A stretch of DNA of 48,374 nucleotides from positions 1-48,374 of the forward strand of contig RBNJ01000038.1 of the NCBI GenBank assembly GCA_003990765.1, in the 5' to 3' direction. Every line of letters starts with the position of its first letter. The first letter of the stretch is position 1. A program made the translations under genes and the position numbers. The notes under the pieces were generated by a model, which worked only from the letters and a program-made list of their open reading frames with translations, ran no database searches and had not been told where the DNA came from. Positions 25,238-37,339 of the stretch are shown one piece after another. The DNA comes from Jimgerdemannia flammicorona. Its lineage: Eukaryota.

Positions 25238-26103
25238 TTAGAGCAGAATGATCAAGACTCTGGAGGCTTCATCTTCATTACTATCATCAAGATTAGAGGT
25301 CAGAGACAGGATGTCTTCAAAGAAAATGAGGTCAGCAAATGTTTTGTCTATCTCACATATATTACATATGTCATGCATTTCATGTGCTTCATGCATGTCA
25401 CCAATTAGTAGGATGACATCATCACTGGTGACATCATCATGTATGGCAGTAGTGGAGAGAGTGAGAAGATCTAGGGCTCTCTAATCTATGACATTCTCTT
25501 CTACAAAATAAGGGATAAATGTGAGATCTTGGGGAGGTCTAATCTAGATACTGGGGCTTTAGAATGCTGAGATCAATCCTTGCAGAAATTGATCTGGATT
25601 GTCCTGGAGGATGGGATTTAAGAACTCTTCTATCTCATCACTATTAAGGGTGATGGTGGATTGAGCTTCTGTGGCCACCATAGCCTCCAATGCATCTGTA
25701 CAGCAGGCTGACAATTTCTTGAAGTCTGAGACTCTGGTATACTCCAAGTTGGGGAATTGACCATGGTATATACCTGAATCTTCTTGGCTGTCTTTATTTT
25801 ATATATATCTATAGGGGTGGTATCTTATATCTCTTGGGGACTGGCCTAAGGAAATTCCTGACAGAGGAGGTTTCCTATTTCATATTCTTGCCACATCCAG
25901 AGATATTCAGTAGCAATAGTGATTCTTGTTTCTATTTTATAGTAGTAGAGAACAAAGTGATAAGAATCACTAGTACCTAGGTTGAGGCTAGGAGTTCTTC
26001 TTATATAGGTCCTTATGGCTCTTCTGATGTCTTAGAATATCCTTTCTTGTACTGAGAGGCCTTGGTGGTTCCTAGACCTTGAGGTTTGGCAGATAGTAGA
26101 TAT
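25238..26103 (-). pseudogene. Decayed copy of the LTR-encoded protein within the 5' LTR
   Basis: EYTRVSDFKKLS..LEAMVATEAQSTITLNSDEIEEFLNPILQDNPDQFLQGLI; start codon mutated from ATG to ATA. Confidence 0.85.
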
Positions 26104-26399
26104 TTTATTTATTGTGAGTCTTTGAACTATTTTGGAGTTTTGTAAGTCTTATTTGAGTTGCTATTACTGTAATTTCTTAGTCTTTCTTTTATATTTCTTG
26201 AGATGTCTATCTTGTGGTCATGATGACTCATAGTTAGACATCATTGCTCATATTATAGCCTGGGTGAGTTATGCTATATAATCTTCTTATACTCTGATCT
26301 GATGGCTTATAAGGAAAGGTTATCTTCTATAATGATATCATTATTCTGAGATCACTATTACAATATATATATAAGTATTATGATACTTTATTCTATTAA

Positions 26400-28885
26400 G
26401 TTCTATATTTAGTAAAATATCCTTATACTATATTAGTAGTAAACTAATTTACATAAAGAAGATATAGACCAGAAATCTCTGACAAGACTCTTAGTCTATA
26501 TCTGTCTTCTACTTCATCCTCTGATTATCTAATACTATATAATCCTAGCTTTTTTATATAATATCCTATATCTTTCTCAGAGCACCTAATTGATTTCTCT
26601 TCTCTTGATATTATCACCTTTATATCACTTCTTAGAATAACTACTATTACTTATCTATTAACTCTCTAACCCCTATCTAGCTTTCTATTATAGATTATTT
26701 ACTAATAAGTGACTTTTAGGATTCAGACACCAAGGATCTGCCCTACTTTTCTCTATATATCACCAGTCTCTCCTACTAACCTCCTCCTAACTCTCACTCT
26801 GATAGTATTACTCAACCTCCTACTGCTAGAGTTTCAATATCTCTTCAAATACTACTAATAACTTTCTATATCTAGGCAGACTACTAAGATATACTCTAAT
26901 ATCTATACCACCTCTTTTTAAAGCTCATAATTATGATAGCTATCAGCCTTCATCCAATCTATTCTGTATCTCAGTATCATATTCTTCCTCAGAAACTGTC
27001 ACTATATTACTTAGTATCTAGGAGATATTATTCTATATAAAGTATCAGTCAGTATTAAGTTTCTCCCCACTCTTATGTCTTACTAATCTCTGTCTTCTAC
27101 CAGCTAACTAGCTATCTCTCAAGAGACTCTACTCTCATCCACTCTATTGTCTTCTCTAATGTATACTTCTCTATACTCTTATCTCCAATCTGGAGCAATT
27201 TCAGTCTCTACCAATTCCTCTTAAGGTTCTCACTATCCTCTACCTCTGGCCCAATCAGTCTTATGACCAATCAGACCTCTACCATGCCTCACTAAAAGCC
27301 ATTATACTATAACTAACTGATGCTTTCTACTTGAAGCAAATCTCTCAAATCCTTTTACTCTTTATTATAGGGGTAGAACCTGATCTTCTAATTATTTATA
27401 GTCAGTCTGTTCTATTCTTCCTCTCTAAATTTATCTCTACCAGCCCCTCAGAACCTTCAGCTGTCTCTAAAAGTCCACCAGATCCAGATCTCTATCAGCT
27501 ACTTAGATCACCAATATCTCTCAATTAATTTACAGTTACTTCTCTCTCTATAGCTATTCTTCAATAATCTTCTTCAGCCTCCTCACTACCTATCTAAGAA
27601 AGTCCAAATGATAGATCAAATACTATAGCTTCAGCAGCTAATAAATGTTCAAAACTATTACTCTGTCTATTAAGAAGAAGTTTCTCTCAATTCTATAAAC
27701 TGAGAACTAAATCTTTAGATATCTAACAGTCTCTTCTATAGTTATAGTATATCTAAACCTTTCTTTCTTACTAAGATTAGTTCTTATCTTTATTGTCTTA
27801 CACTTTTTCCAATTCAGCTTTGTCCTCACTACTCTTTTATACTTTTCTACTCCATTTTGTAAAATTTTTACATCTTTCTCACATTTCAATCTAACTACCT
27901 ATTATCTGCAAAAGCTTCTAGCATTCAGACCATCTCTCTCATCTACAGTCAGTTAGACACTCTCTCAGCTAAGCTAGTATAGATTCTAAGGATAGTATAT
28001 AAAGAAAAAAAAAGAGAGAATTATCTTGTGAGACTCTTCTTCCCAAGACAAACTCCTGGCCCACTCTATTTATTTATCAGAATTACCACTCAATAGCTCT
28101 ATACCAAACTAATCATCCTTCTGACCTCTATACTATCAAGCCTCACTCTCCACAGTACTATCTCTAAATAATCTCACTATACTCTATCACAGGCTTTCTT
28201 TTGATTTAAAAAAGACTATCTGCCCATCTACTTAATAGCTCCTGTAATTCTCTAGAACATTTTATACCCAGGCTATACTATCTTTAATCTATCTTCTCTT
28301 CACAATCTCATACTACTCCTCTCTAACAAATCTGTTAATTTACTGCTATATTCTTTCTACTAAGATAATTGAGATCAACTAGTTATCAACAATTAGCAGT
28401 ATAATTAGTCTCCAGTTATGCCAAACTCTTCTATCTCCTTTCTCCTTATAGAGCAGAGAGACTAAACTCAAGGGTCTATTGTCAACCCAGTAGCTCTCTT
28501 CAAATACATGATTTATCATCTCAACCAGCTATTCACTAAACTCTACCTGAAACTCCTTTTAAAATTTCTATGGTAGTTTATCTTCTCCTAGTAATAATTC
28601 TGTCTGTATCTTCTCTAGTACTTCAAGCACCTCTAGAGATATCTTCTCTATCACTGTAATATCCAACTCTGGCACCTCTACCATCTACCTATCTCTCACC
28701 AGATTACCATTCTCAACTTCCATCTTCCAACCTTTCTTATATCTCTCTTTATTCTATCTGAGAGTTTACTACTATATATCTAGAAATCTCTTTAAGTATA
28801 TCTGCAATCCCTAAGACCTCAATGCCATTATCTCACAATATAGAAGCTTAGCTACATATATCACACTCTTCTGATCTTTAGAACT

Positions 28886-28935
<50 letters not shown>

Positions 28936-31900
28936 GTTACTTAGACTTTACTATTTATTATCATTCTATCTAATATAAATATATTACCCCAGTCCTCCAC
29001 CCCACCCTATATCTAATCTCCCTAAGAGGGGCTCTCTCTACTCTCTTATACTTAAAGGCTATCTTATTATCTTCCACAACTACTCTCTTCTTACTTAGTC
29101 TACAAATCTTCTCTACTAAGTAGTACTATTGATCTCTCTGCAGCCCCTATCTCAGCTATCAACTTATTAATACATCAACCATCAACTCTTTCTATCTTAC
29201 TAGCTACTCTCCCAAACTCAATCTTCTCTCTTCCTTAAAAAAAAAAAGTCAGTATCCTGCCAATCTCACTCAGATAGCCAGAGTTCACCTAACTATAAGC
29301 CACTCATTATCAATACCCCCCACCAACTGAGCTTTCAAATATCTCCATCTACTCCATTCATCTACCTTTCTTCTCACTACCCTCAGACAAGACCCAATAG
29401 CTAACTAGAAATTATTAAGTATCTTATACTCCCTAAGTCAATATTCTGGCATCTATATAAATTCCCCTTCCTGCTCTATATTAAAGCACGCCTCATACTC
29501 AAATTGTCTCTCTTCTATTAAATAGCTAGAGAAAAAGTTAAGCATAATATTCTTTCTCAGCAAGCATCACTATACTACTCAGAACTTAGGTAGCATCTAA
29601 TGTCACACCTCAGCACTCTATATCTAGATTCCATTTCAGTTCCACCCTTTTCCAATATCTACTGTCTACCAGCTATTGGGCCATGAATCCTATTCTAACT
29701 CTCTCCAGCACTCCACTCTATCACCCATGTCAAAGTCAATCAGTAGGGTGCTCTCCAACAATATGCAGTCCTATCTCTATATTACAGAACCCTATGGCAT
29801 CTCTCCCTCAGCTCCCTGTCAGTGAAGACTGATATAGTGTGCCCCATCAACTACTCTCTACTAGAATCTCTTATGTTACATGTGCTTGCTACTCCTAAGC
29901 CCAACTAAGGACAATAGATTCTCAGATAAGCTCTATGGTAAAAACATCATCTTCCAGATCTTTTGTATCAGAGATACTCAGCCCCCCCCTCTCAGTTCTA
30001 CAGTTCTCTTCAGCCACCATACTCACAGACAATGAAGCCTCTTTAGAAAGTCCACAAGTCTAAGAACTCCTCTCTCCACTAGTAATGACAGGATCTCCTA
30101 TCCAATCTGGCTTCTTCTCCCTGTTCAGATCTAGTCTTTGGTCAGCTTCAAAAGCTACTTCACTACCCAGGTCAGAAAGTCCAAGTAATATACTAAGTAA
30201 CACAATTTTGGAAGTCAGTAAATATTCAGAATTGAGATATGGTCTGTCAAAGAGATATAGCAGCCTCTCTAGCTTGGCAGGACCTCTCTCTAAATAGCAA
30301 CTCACTGTTCTCACCAAGTCCTAGGCAGTACAGATCTATAAACAGAAAGAAAAATACCCAGATACTATACAATACCCCCAGTCAGGATAATTATTTCAAT
30401 GACATCCCCACCTACCAGACCATTACTCAGCACTATCATCTCACACTTGTGCCAGTTGAGTTTCACCCCTAAGTATGCCTCATACTACTTCACTGATGCC
30501 TGAAGTGCCTCTACATTAGCAATTGACCTAAGGCCCACCACTATGTTGTCTTCCAAGGCTCCTATCTTTCATACAATCCCAAATACTGAGAGCTCTGCCA
30601 CCTTGCACTGAATCCAATCCATCAATAGTTCTAAGGACAAAGCATACAAATAGGGGATAGAAGGTCCCTTTATAGAACTCCTCTATCTAGAGAGAATGAC
30701 ACTCCCTGATATCTTTTGTACATGAGTACTGCCCTACTCCCTCCCAGTAGACTGATCATTACCTCTTGGAAAAGCTGAGAGACACCAATTCTATCCAGTA
30801 TCTCTGCCAACCAGACTCTTTAGACATGGTTATAGGCCTTCTTCTGATCCAGGAAGACCAATCTCCCATCCAGCCCAGATGCCTAAGCTCCCTTGATAAT
30901 GCTATAAACCCAAGCTGTATCATTCCTAATAAGCTGACCCCCAATAAAACCCCACTACTCCTCACTCAGGACTTGCTGAGCCATCTTCTGCAGCCTTACT
31001 ATTATCACCTTAGTGACCAATTTTCTGTCTATGTCCAGGAGCATGATCAGCCACCAGTTCTTCCAATCCTCTCTCCTGCTCTTATCCTTATATAGCAGTG
31101 TGACCAACTCTAGATCCTGCTCTCTCACCCACTTCTCTGACTGTAATATTATATTACAAAGTGCTATCATCTCTCCTAGCACTTCAGGGACCTCTATCAT
31201 CTTCTTCTAGAAGTCCCAGGGCAGACTATTCTCACTCAGTATAGTACCTAGTGAAATTACAGCAAGAACCTAAAGAATCTCCTCCTCTTGAACTAGTAAT
31301 ACCAAATCACCAAGCCTATCTACTTTGGATATCACTCCTCCAAAGTGTTTACAATAGTAGCTGCATCAGCCCTACCCTCCTCCTCACTCCTCAAGCCACT
31401 CCACCTCTCCTTTAGTGATCCCAGAATATTTTGGGAGCTATGTACCAATACCCATCTGAGCCCAGTACTCCCTCCCATCACTGCCTCACCCTCCTTGCCT
31501 TCAGGAGTTGAAAAGTACTTAGAGGGCCTCTCTCTCTCCTCCAGCCCCTGCCAGCATAGCTATATAGCCATTCCCTGCACATGGGTCTCCTCCTCCTCCT
31601 TCAATATCTGTTATAGCTCAGTAACCTTCAGTCTAGCTTACAGCAGCCTTCAATTCTCAACTCTTTCCAAGGACAAAAGATCTGTTCAATTCTTCTGAAG
31701 CCAGACCAATCTAGCAGATGCCCAGGCCACTCTCCTCTGCTGCTGCCTCCCAGCCACCTTTCTAGCTTCACTCCAGTAGATCCTAGCAGTCTTCTTTAAC
31801 CTCACTCATTGAATAGCCACAGAAGTGCTCTCATAAACCCACCTATCCACCTTATAGCTAATATCCTCAGCCCAAGTATTCTACAACTCCTTCTTAGCTT

Positions 31901-34900
31901 ATAAGGAGAAATTGAGGTACTAATGTCCAGGCCCATCCCCACTTCCCCTAAACTGACCACTCTCTAACAACTCTCAGTAGTCTGACTATAGATACCACTC
32001 AACCTCCAGAGACTTCCAGATATCCAGACTCCAGCAATCAGTAGTCAGTATTCAGTCAATCCTTGTTCCAAGTCTTCCCACTCAGTGAGTGTAGATCCTC
32101 CCATCTCTCCACATTGCTCAACCAGCATCTACCAATAATCCAAGCTGCTCTACTTTCTTTCAATCTTCTAAGCCCTCCTCACTTCTACTCTCAGCATTCC
32201 TTCCCCCATCAGTATTATTCACTTGCATCAAACACACTATATTGAAATCTCTCTCCAGTATGTCTATACCAGCCTCTGTAAATTCTCTACTATCCAAAAG
32301 ACCTACAATCTACTCTACCCACTCACTCCTAACAGCAGAGTAGTAGTAGGATTCTACCACAATTAGCTCTTACCCTGGTTATCTCCACTTCTTCCAAACC
32401 AGTCAATTCTCTCAATTCTTACAATTGCATATTTTACTCTGCCCTTTCCATACCAGTATCCCAATCTTACTCATCTACACTACCACCCCTTCCCATTCTC
32501 TTATTCACTCTTATTAATTCAGATCCTCCTTATATTGCATATCTTGCAGAAGAAAAAGATCAGCTTTCAAATTCTTTAGCTAAGTAAAAATGTTATGTCA
32601 TCTCTGAGCACCTCTCAAATTATTTATGTTTAATGAAAATATATTAGTTATACTGTTCATGGGAAATAATATTTAGAATAGATGTATTCTCTTTACAACT
32701 CCATGTTTCTCTTCTCCCTCACCAAGTTCAGGCTATATTCAGCAGTAGTTTCCTCTCCTTTAATCTACTTGGCCTCTAGTCCACTCAGAAGTTCATCCAT
32801 TATGGCATCATCCTTCAGCTCAAAATCCTCCTAGTACTCTATACAAGTCCTCTACCAGATCTCCAGTCCATATTTCTACTCTCACCAATAGACTGCCCTC
32901 TCCCTAGTAGCTGCTGCTAACTCTATCTCTCTTGCCTCATCCACCTCATAACCCTTCTCATCCAGAAAGACTGCCAACATCTCAGTTGCCAAGGCCCCCA
33001 CAATATTCTCCCCCTACAGCACTCTCTCTCAGTACTCCTTACTGATAACTCATAGATCTATCTCTCCCAACTCCTCAGCTGCCAAATTGTTCATCATCTA
33101 GTATATTTACTGGAGGTCCCCAATCTTCTTACCCCCCAGAGTTACCAGTCAGCCAGCCCCATGCATTACCATATCTACCTCTGTACTTACAGACTTATCC
33201 CACTCCTTCTCAGAAACATTCACCAGCTCCTCTTCTCTAACCTCTATCACTCTCTCTCCACTCACTACATTAGAAACTCCAAACTGAATACAGTGAGTCC
33301 CCATCATCTCCACATCCTCCCCAGCCCTTTGCTGTGCAACTTCAGACTTCTCTCCCAGATCCTCACTCTCCTCTCATACCTCCAGTATGCCATCATCACA
33401 GAGAGCCTGATCTCTTGCTGCTTAGCTCCCCTCTATAGTCTGCATACTCCTTTCTACCTCAATATCTGTCTAGATACTCTCCTGAGTACTCTCTACTGCA
33501 CTCTCAGGGCTGGGCACTATCTTCTCCATTGCCTTCTCCTTCAAGCTAGCTAGCAACTCCCTCTGTTGCTTCTGCCTCTATTCTCTCTCCCACTGTCCCA
33601 TCCTGATGTACTTCCCCTCTACTACTTCCAAGTTTGTCAAATCCACATATACCTACCATGCCTTGGTCTAGTACTCTACTGCTCTACTGAGCTCCTCCAG
33701 CACCTCCACCAGATCCTCCTCCTCCTCAATGCTCTCTTTCACTCTCATCACCTTGCAGGCAAAATCTCCCTACATCAGTACTGAGGGCCAGTCCCTTAGC
33801 TTTCTTATAGTCTCTCTCCCAGTCAGCCAGAGCCTGATGTCTATATCTTCTGTCCTAAATAAGGTTCTCTTTCAGACCTATAGGCCAATATCAACTATCT
33901 TGCTATACTCTGCTATGATCTCCTCTACCCTTCTCTTTATCTCAACAGTCATCACTGTGGGCACTCTCTTTATCAGTAACTGAATCACTCTGGGGTCCCA
34001 CCTCAAGCAGTAGGCCATTGGAACTACAATCTCTCCTATAGTCAGCCCTATCTTGATTGTCTCCTCCAAGAGAGCAGCCTCCTCAAAACCCACCTCTACT
34101 CCCTCAAGATCTTTTAGAAACTTCACTAATACTGTTTCTGCTATTTGCTTTGAGATCAGCCCTAGTACTATCCTCACTATTACTACTAAGCTCTAGAAGT
34201 ACAATATGACTATAAACTCCAAAATGGACTTCTTGAGTAATGGGGTCACCACCAGGTCCATTATACTATCAGTCAGATCTCTATACTTCTGTCTGTCCCC
34301 TTATATAGCACTACTATCAGCTGTCATATTTTTTTTTTTTTTCTGAATCCCTGTCACACTTCTATTAGCAGTCACTCTACTATCTCCAGCCATAGCCTCC
34401 CCAGTACCTATGCTCACTCCCCTAGACTGAGGGCCTCTCCCCCTCTCTATGCTTGTCTTTTTCTTCTCCTCAGCAATATTAGCTCTAGCTCCAGCTGACC
34501 ATCTACTCTCCTTCACCTTATCTACAAAGCTTGGGGGCCCAGATCTGCCCCTATTTCTATCAGATACTGATCTTTCTCCAGAGCTCTCTCCACTCTTTAC
34601 CCCTCTAAAAGCATCTATCTCTAGTCTATAACCTCTCTCCACATACTACTATCTGAATGCTCCAGATCTACCTGACCTAGCACACTCATCAGAACTCTTG
34701 CTTGAAGATATTTTGCTAGTATCTTTTCTCTAAGTTGTGTCAAAAACTATTGCTTGAAGTTGGTGTAATATGAATTGTACCAGGAAAGGTCAACCTTCAG
34801 AATTTCAGACAGAAACTTAGTTGGCCTCTCTCCTTTCTCTAGCTACCAAGTTCTCAGTCTGGCCAGCAGCCCATCTATCACTCTATTCTCTGCTACTCAC

Positions 34901-35150
34901 AGCTCCAACTATAGCTCATTTACTTTCTCAGCCAGCTTTCAATGGTTTTTCTCTATACTCTGTCTCTTTTATCTTCACCAACTGACAATACAGCCTCCTC
35001 TCTAGCCTTCTCTCTCTGTTCTATCATTTCTTCTCTGCTATCTTTCTAATATCTCTCTAATAGACTTCTGCTATATGTTTAAACCTTCTCTACTAATCTA
35101 CTATAGACTACTCACCTTTCTTCTATCTTATTACCTCTGATTCTTATTAT
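26400..35150 (-). mobile_element. Older, distinct L1/Tx1-like LINE ORF2 remnant (~26400-28887 and 34791-~35150), split by LINE copy B
   Basis: GERPTKFL (~34820), VWHNWRLIILLIVDN (~28410), FLNQKKACD (~28200), EAFADN (~27910), TKLNWKKCKT. Outer boundaries are approximate. Confidence 0.72.
28888..34790 (-). mobile_element. L1/Tx1-like LINE, copy B (full length, heavily decayed)
   Basis: 45-nt poly(A) tail (T run 28888-28932). ~16-bp TSD TGATCTTTAGAACTTC (28872) / CAACCTTCAGAATTTC (34791), differing only by transitions. ORF1 ~34712-32690; ORF2 32660-~29010. Confidence 0.92.
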
Positions 35151-35199
35151 AGAATTGAGACTCAGCTAGTACTGGATCTAGTGGTTCTTAATAATTTGT

Positions 35200-36400
35200 T
35201 TTCAACCTCTATAGGTATCATTTATAGGAACAGCAAGAGGAGCACTTCTATCTTAGCTTTTTGAATCTTTTTCAGACTTTATTGTAAATATCTCTAGACA
35301 TAATCCTCAGTGTATACTTCTTCCTGGACTTCAGGGTAGTAGGCATTTGTTTTTCTTACTCTATTTCTTCATTCTCTAAAGATAGTTTATTTATTTCAGA
35401 AACAAAAGATGAGAGAGATCAAGAAAGTGTTTCCACTTATCTTTCTTCATATTCTTCATCTTATTTCTAAATAATCTTCTACTAGTATTTCTAAATGATC
35501 TTTCTATAGATCTCTTTCTTTTCTCTACTGGATAGACTGTTTTTCTAGTGATAATCTTGGCTAAGTATAGGTCTAGATTACTGTAATCTTTACTATTACT
35601 TTTTTCTTTAAAGTCTTCAATAGAGTGGACTTCAGTCTTCTTATACTGGGTTTCATTCTTTTGATATAATAGTTCTGAGTCCCTTTAGTCACTTCTTTTA
35701 TTATTATATTTAGTAGTATAGTGTTTGAACTATCTATAGTAGAAGTATTAGACTTGAGCTCTATCTTAGACTAGATATCTTCTTTCTTCTTATAGTTGGT
35801 AGCTTCTGTTATCTTTAGGTGAGTAACCTTGGTTTCTTCATAGTATATACCCTCTGATTTTCCTCAATTTTTACAGATAATTCCTTTACTGACTTTTCTT
35901 TTTTAAGTCTTTCTTATTCTTAGAAGAGTTCTTTTAGAGTCTTAATTAAGGTATCTTCCTTGTTATCTTTCTTATCATAATTACTCCAGATAGTTCTTTA
36001 TCTGATATCAAAAAATTCTTAGACTACATCTACTTGTTCTTTAGGTCTTCTGATATCTAAAGTATAGATATGCTAGGTAATTTTTGGAGGAATCCCATTC
36101 ATGAAGGTCATTAGGCCTATGATGTTTTGGTTGGTAGCATTGAACCTAACTATATGTATTCTCTTTTGAATTCTAGTAAAGAATACTCTAAGTGATTTTC
36201 TAAGATTTATCTTCATCTCTATGATAGATTCTTAGACCTTATAGTAGGTTTAATTTCCTATATATTTCTCAATAAACCAGTAGGTCATGGCTTCATATTC
36301 TACTTCTCAGATTTAAATATATATCACTTGTTACTTGATTAAGTCTGATAATTCTAGTAGATCTAAAATAGCTCAAAGAGTTACTTATAGGTTTAAGTAT
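35200..36400 (-). pseudogene. Retrotransposon gag-like remnant
   Basis: SLRVFFTRIQKR..LMTFMNGIPPKIT*HIYTLDIRRPKEQV resembles the capsid C-terminal F..GL...I pattern. Very decayed. Confidence 0.4.
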
Positions 36401-36660
36401 TCTTAAAGAAAATTTGAAGGAAAATATCTGAGCTTTATTTAAGCAGAGAATAAAAATATTTATAAAAAATCTAAAAGAAAGATCCAGAAGATTTTTGGAA
36501 AAGAAGAGAAAGGTTAAGAAATAGATTCTTGATAAAGATAACTAATAGAATTGTACAATGTTTCAAAAAGTTCAATGATAAGATACTTAGTATTAAGAAA
36601 AGACTAGAGAAAAGATGTAAAAAAATACTAAGACTAAGATATAACTGTGAAATTTTTACA

Positions 36661-36673
36661 TCTCTCTCTTCTT
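36661..36673 (-). other. Putative polypurine tract before a 3' LTR start (AAGAAGAGAGAGA|TGTAA)
   Basis: A purine run downstream of the chromodomain, immediately followed by TGT at 36660 on the minus strand. Confidence 0.5.
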
Positions 36674-36989
36674 AAGAACTGATATTCTTGTTGAATTCTT
36701 AAGTTATATAAGACTAAATATATTTAACCAAAATTTCTCAAACTTATATTAGTGTATTAATAAGGACTAGTCATTCTCATATAGAGCAGAGAACCTATTA
36801 CTAGACTAACTGTCTAGAAGAGATTTGAATCCAGCTAGTAGCTTCATTTTAGTATACTTTTTATTTACTAGATGTTCTACTGATTCCAGGGTCTTAAAGT
36901 AAACTTCTAATACATAAGACACTAATTATTATCATAGGTTATCAATAATCCAAGAAAGTCACTATAGAAATTAGATAATATATTTTGTC

Positions 36990-37335
36990 TTAAAGTCTTA
37001 GACTAGGTCTTGGGAGTTCTTGAGTTTAACCAGTAGCTTTCAGATAGTATCATAATCAGAATAATACATCCATTTGACCAGATATTTAGAACAATAGTAG
37101 TAGATTCATTTGTTGAGAATTTTCTCAATTTTGTACTCAATATAGTCTTCAATAATCACAGGGGTAGATGGCTTGAAAATTTAACCAGGGTAGAGTAGTG
37201 ACTGGTTTCAGGTCTTGAGGTATGATACATGAAAGACTGGGTATAATTTTATGGTTTCAGGTAGCTTGAGATAGTAGAAGAATGCAGAGACTTATTCAGA
37301 AATTTCAAAGAGTCTAATATACTTAGATCTAACAA
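36990..37335 (-). pseudogene. Chromovirus integrase C-terminus (GPY/F region plus chromodomain)
   Basis: YYLKLPETIKLYPVFHVSYLK; EYKIEKILNK..KYLVKWMYYSDYDTI*K..KLKNSQDLV. Confidence 0.8.
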
Positions 37336-37339
37336 TCTT

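Larger units (their letters stand above)
23325..26362 (-). mobile_element. Internally deleted LTR retrotransposon: full 5' ORF-LTR (26362-24830), PBS, gag, 3' LTR end (~23770-23325)
   Basis: 4-bp TSD ATAT (23321-23324 and 26363-26366). The two LTR ends share subfamily-specific sequence. Confidence 0.82.

Noticed and set aside
36815-36885. Possible second chromodomain (HLV/K*KVY*NEATSWI)
   Set aside because: It needs a frameshift and several back-mutations, so the support is too weak.
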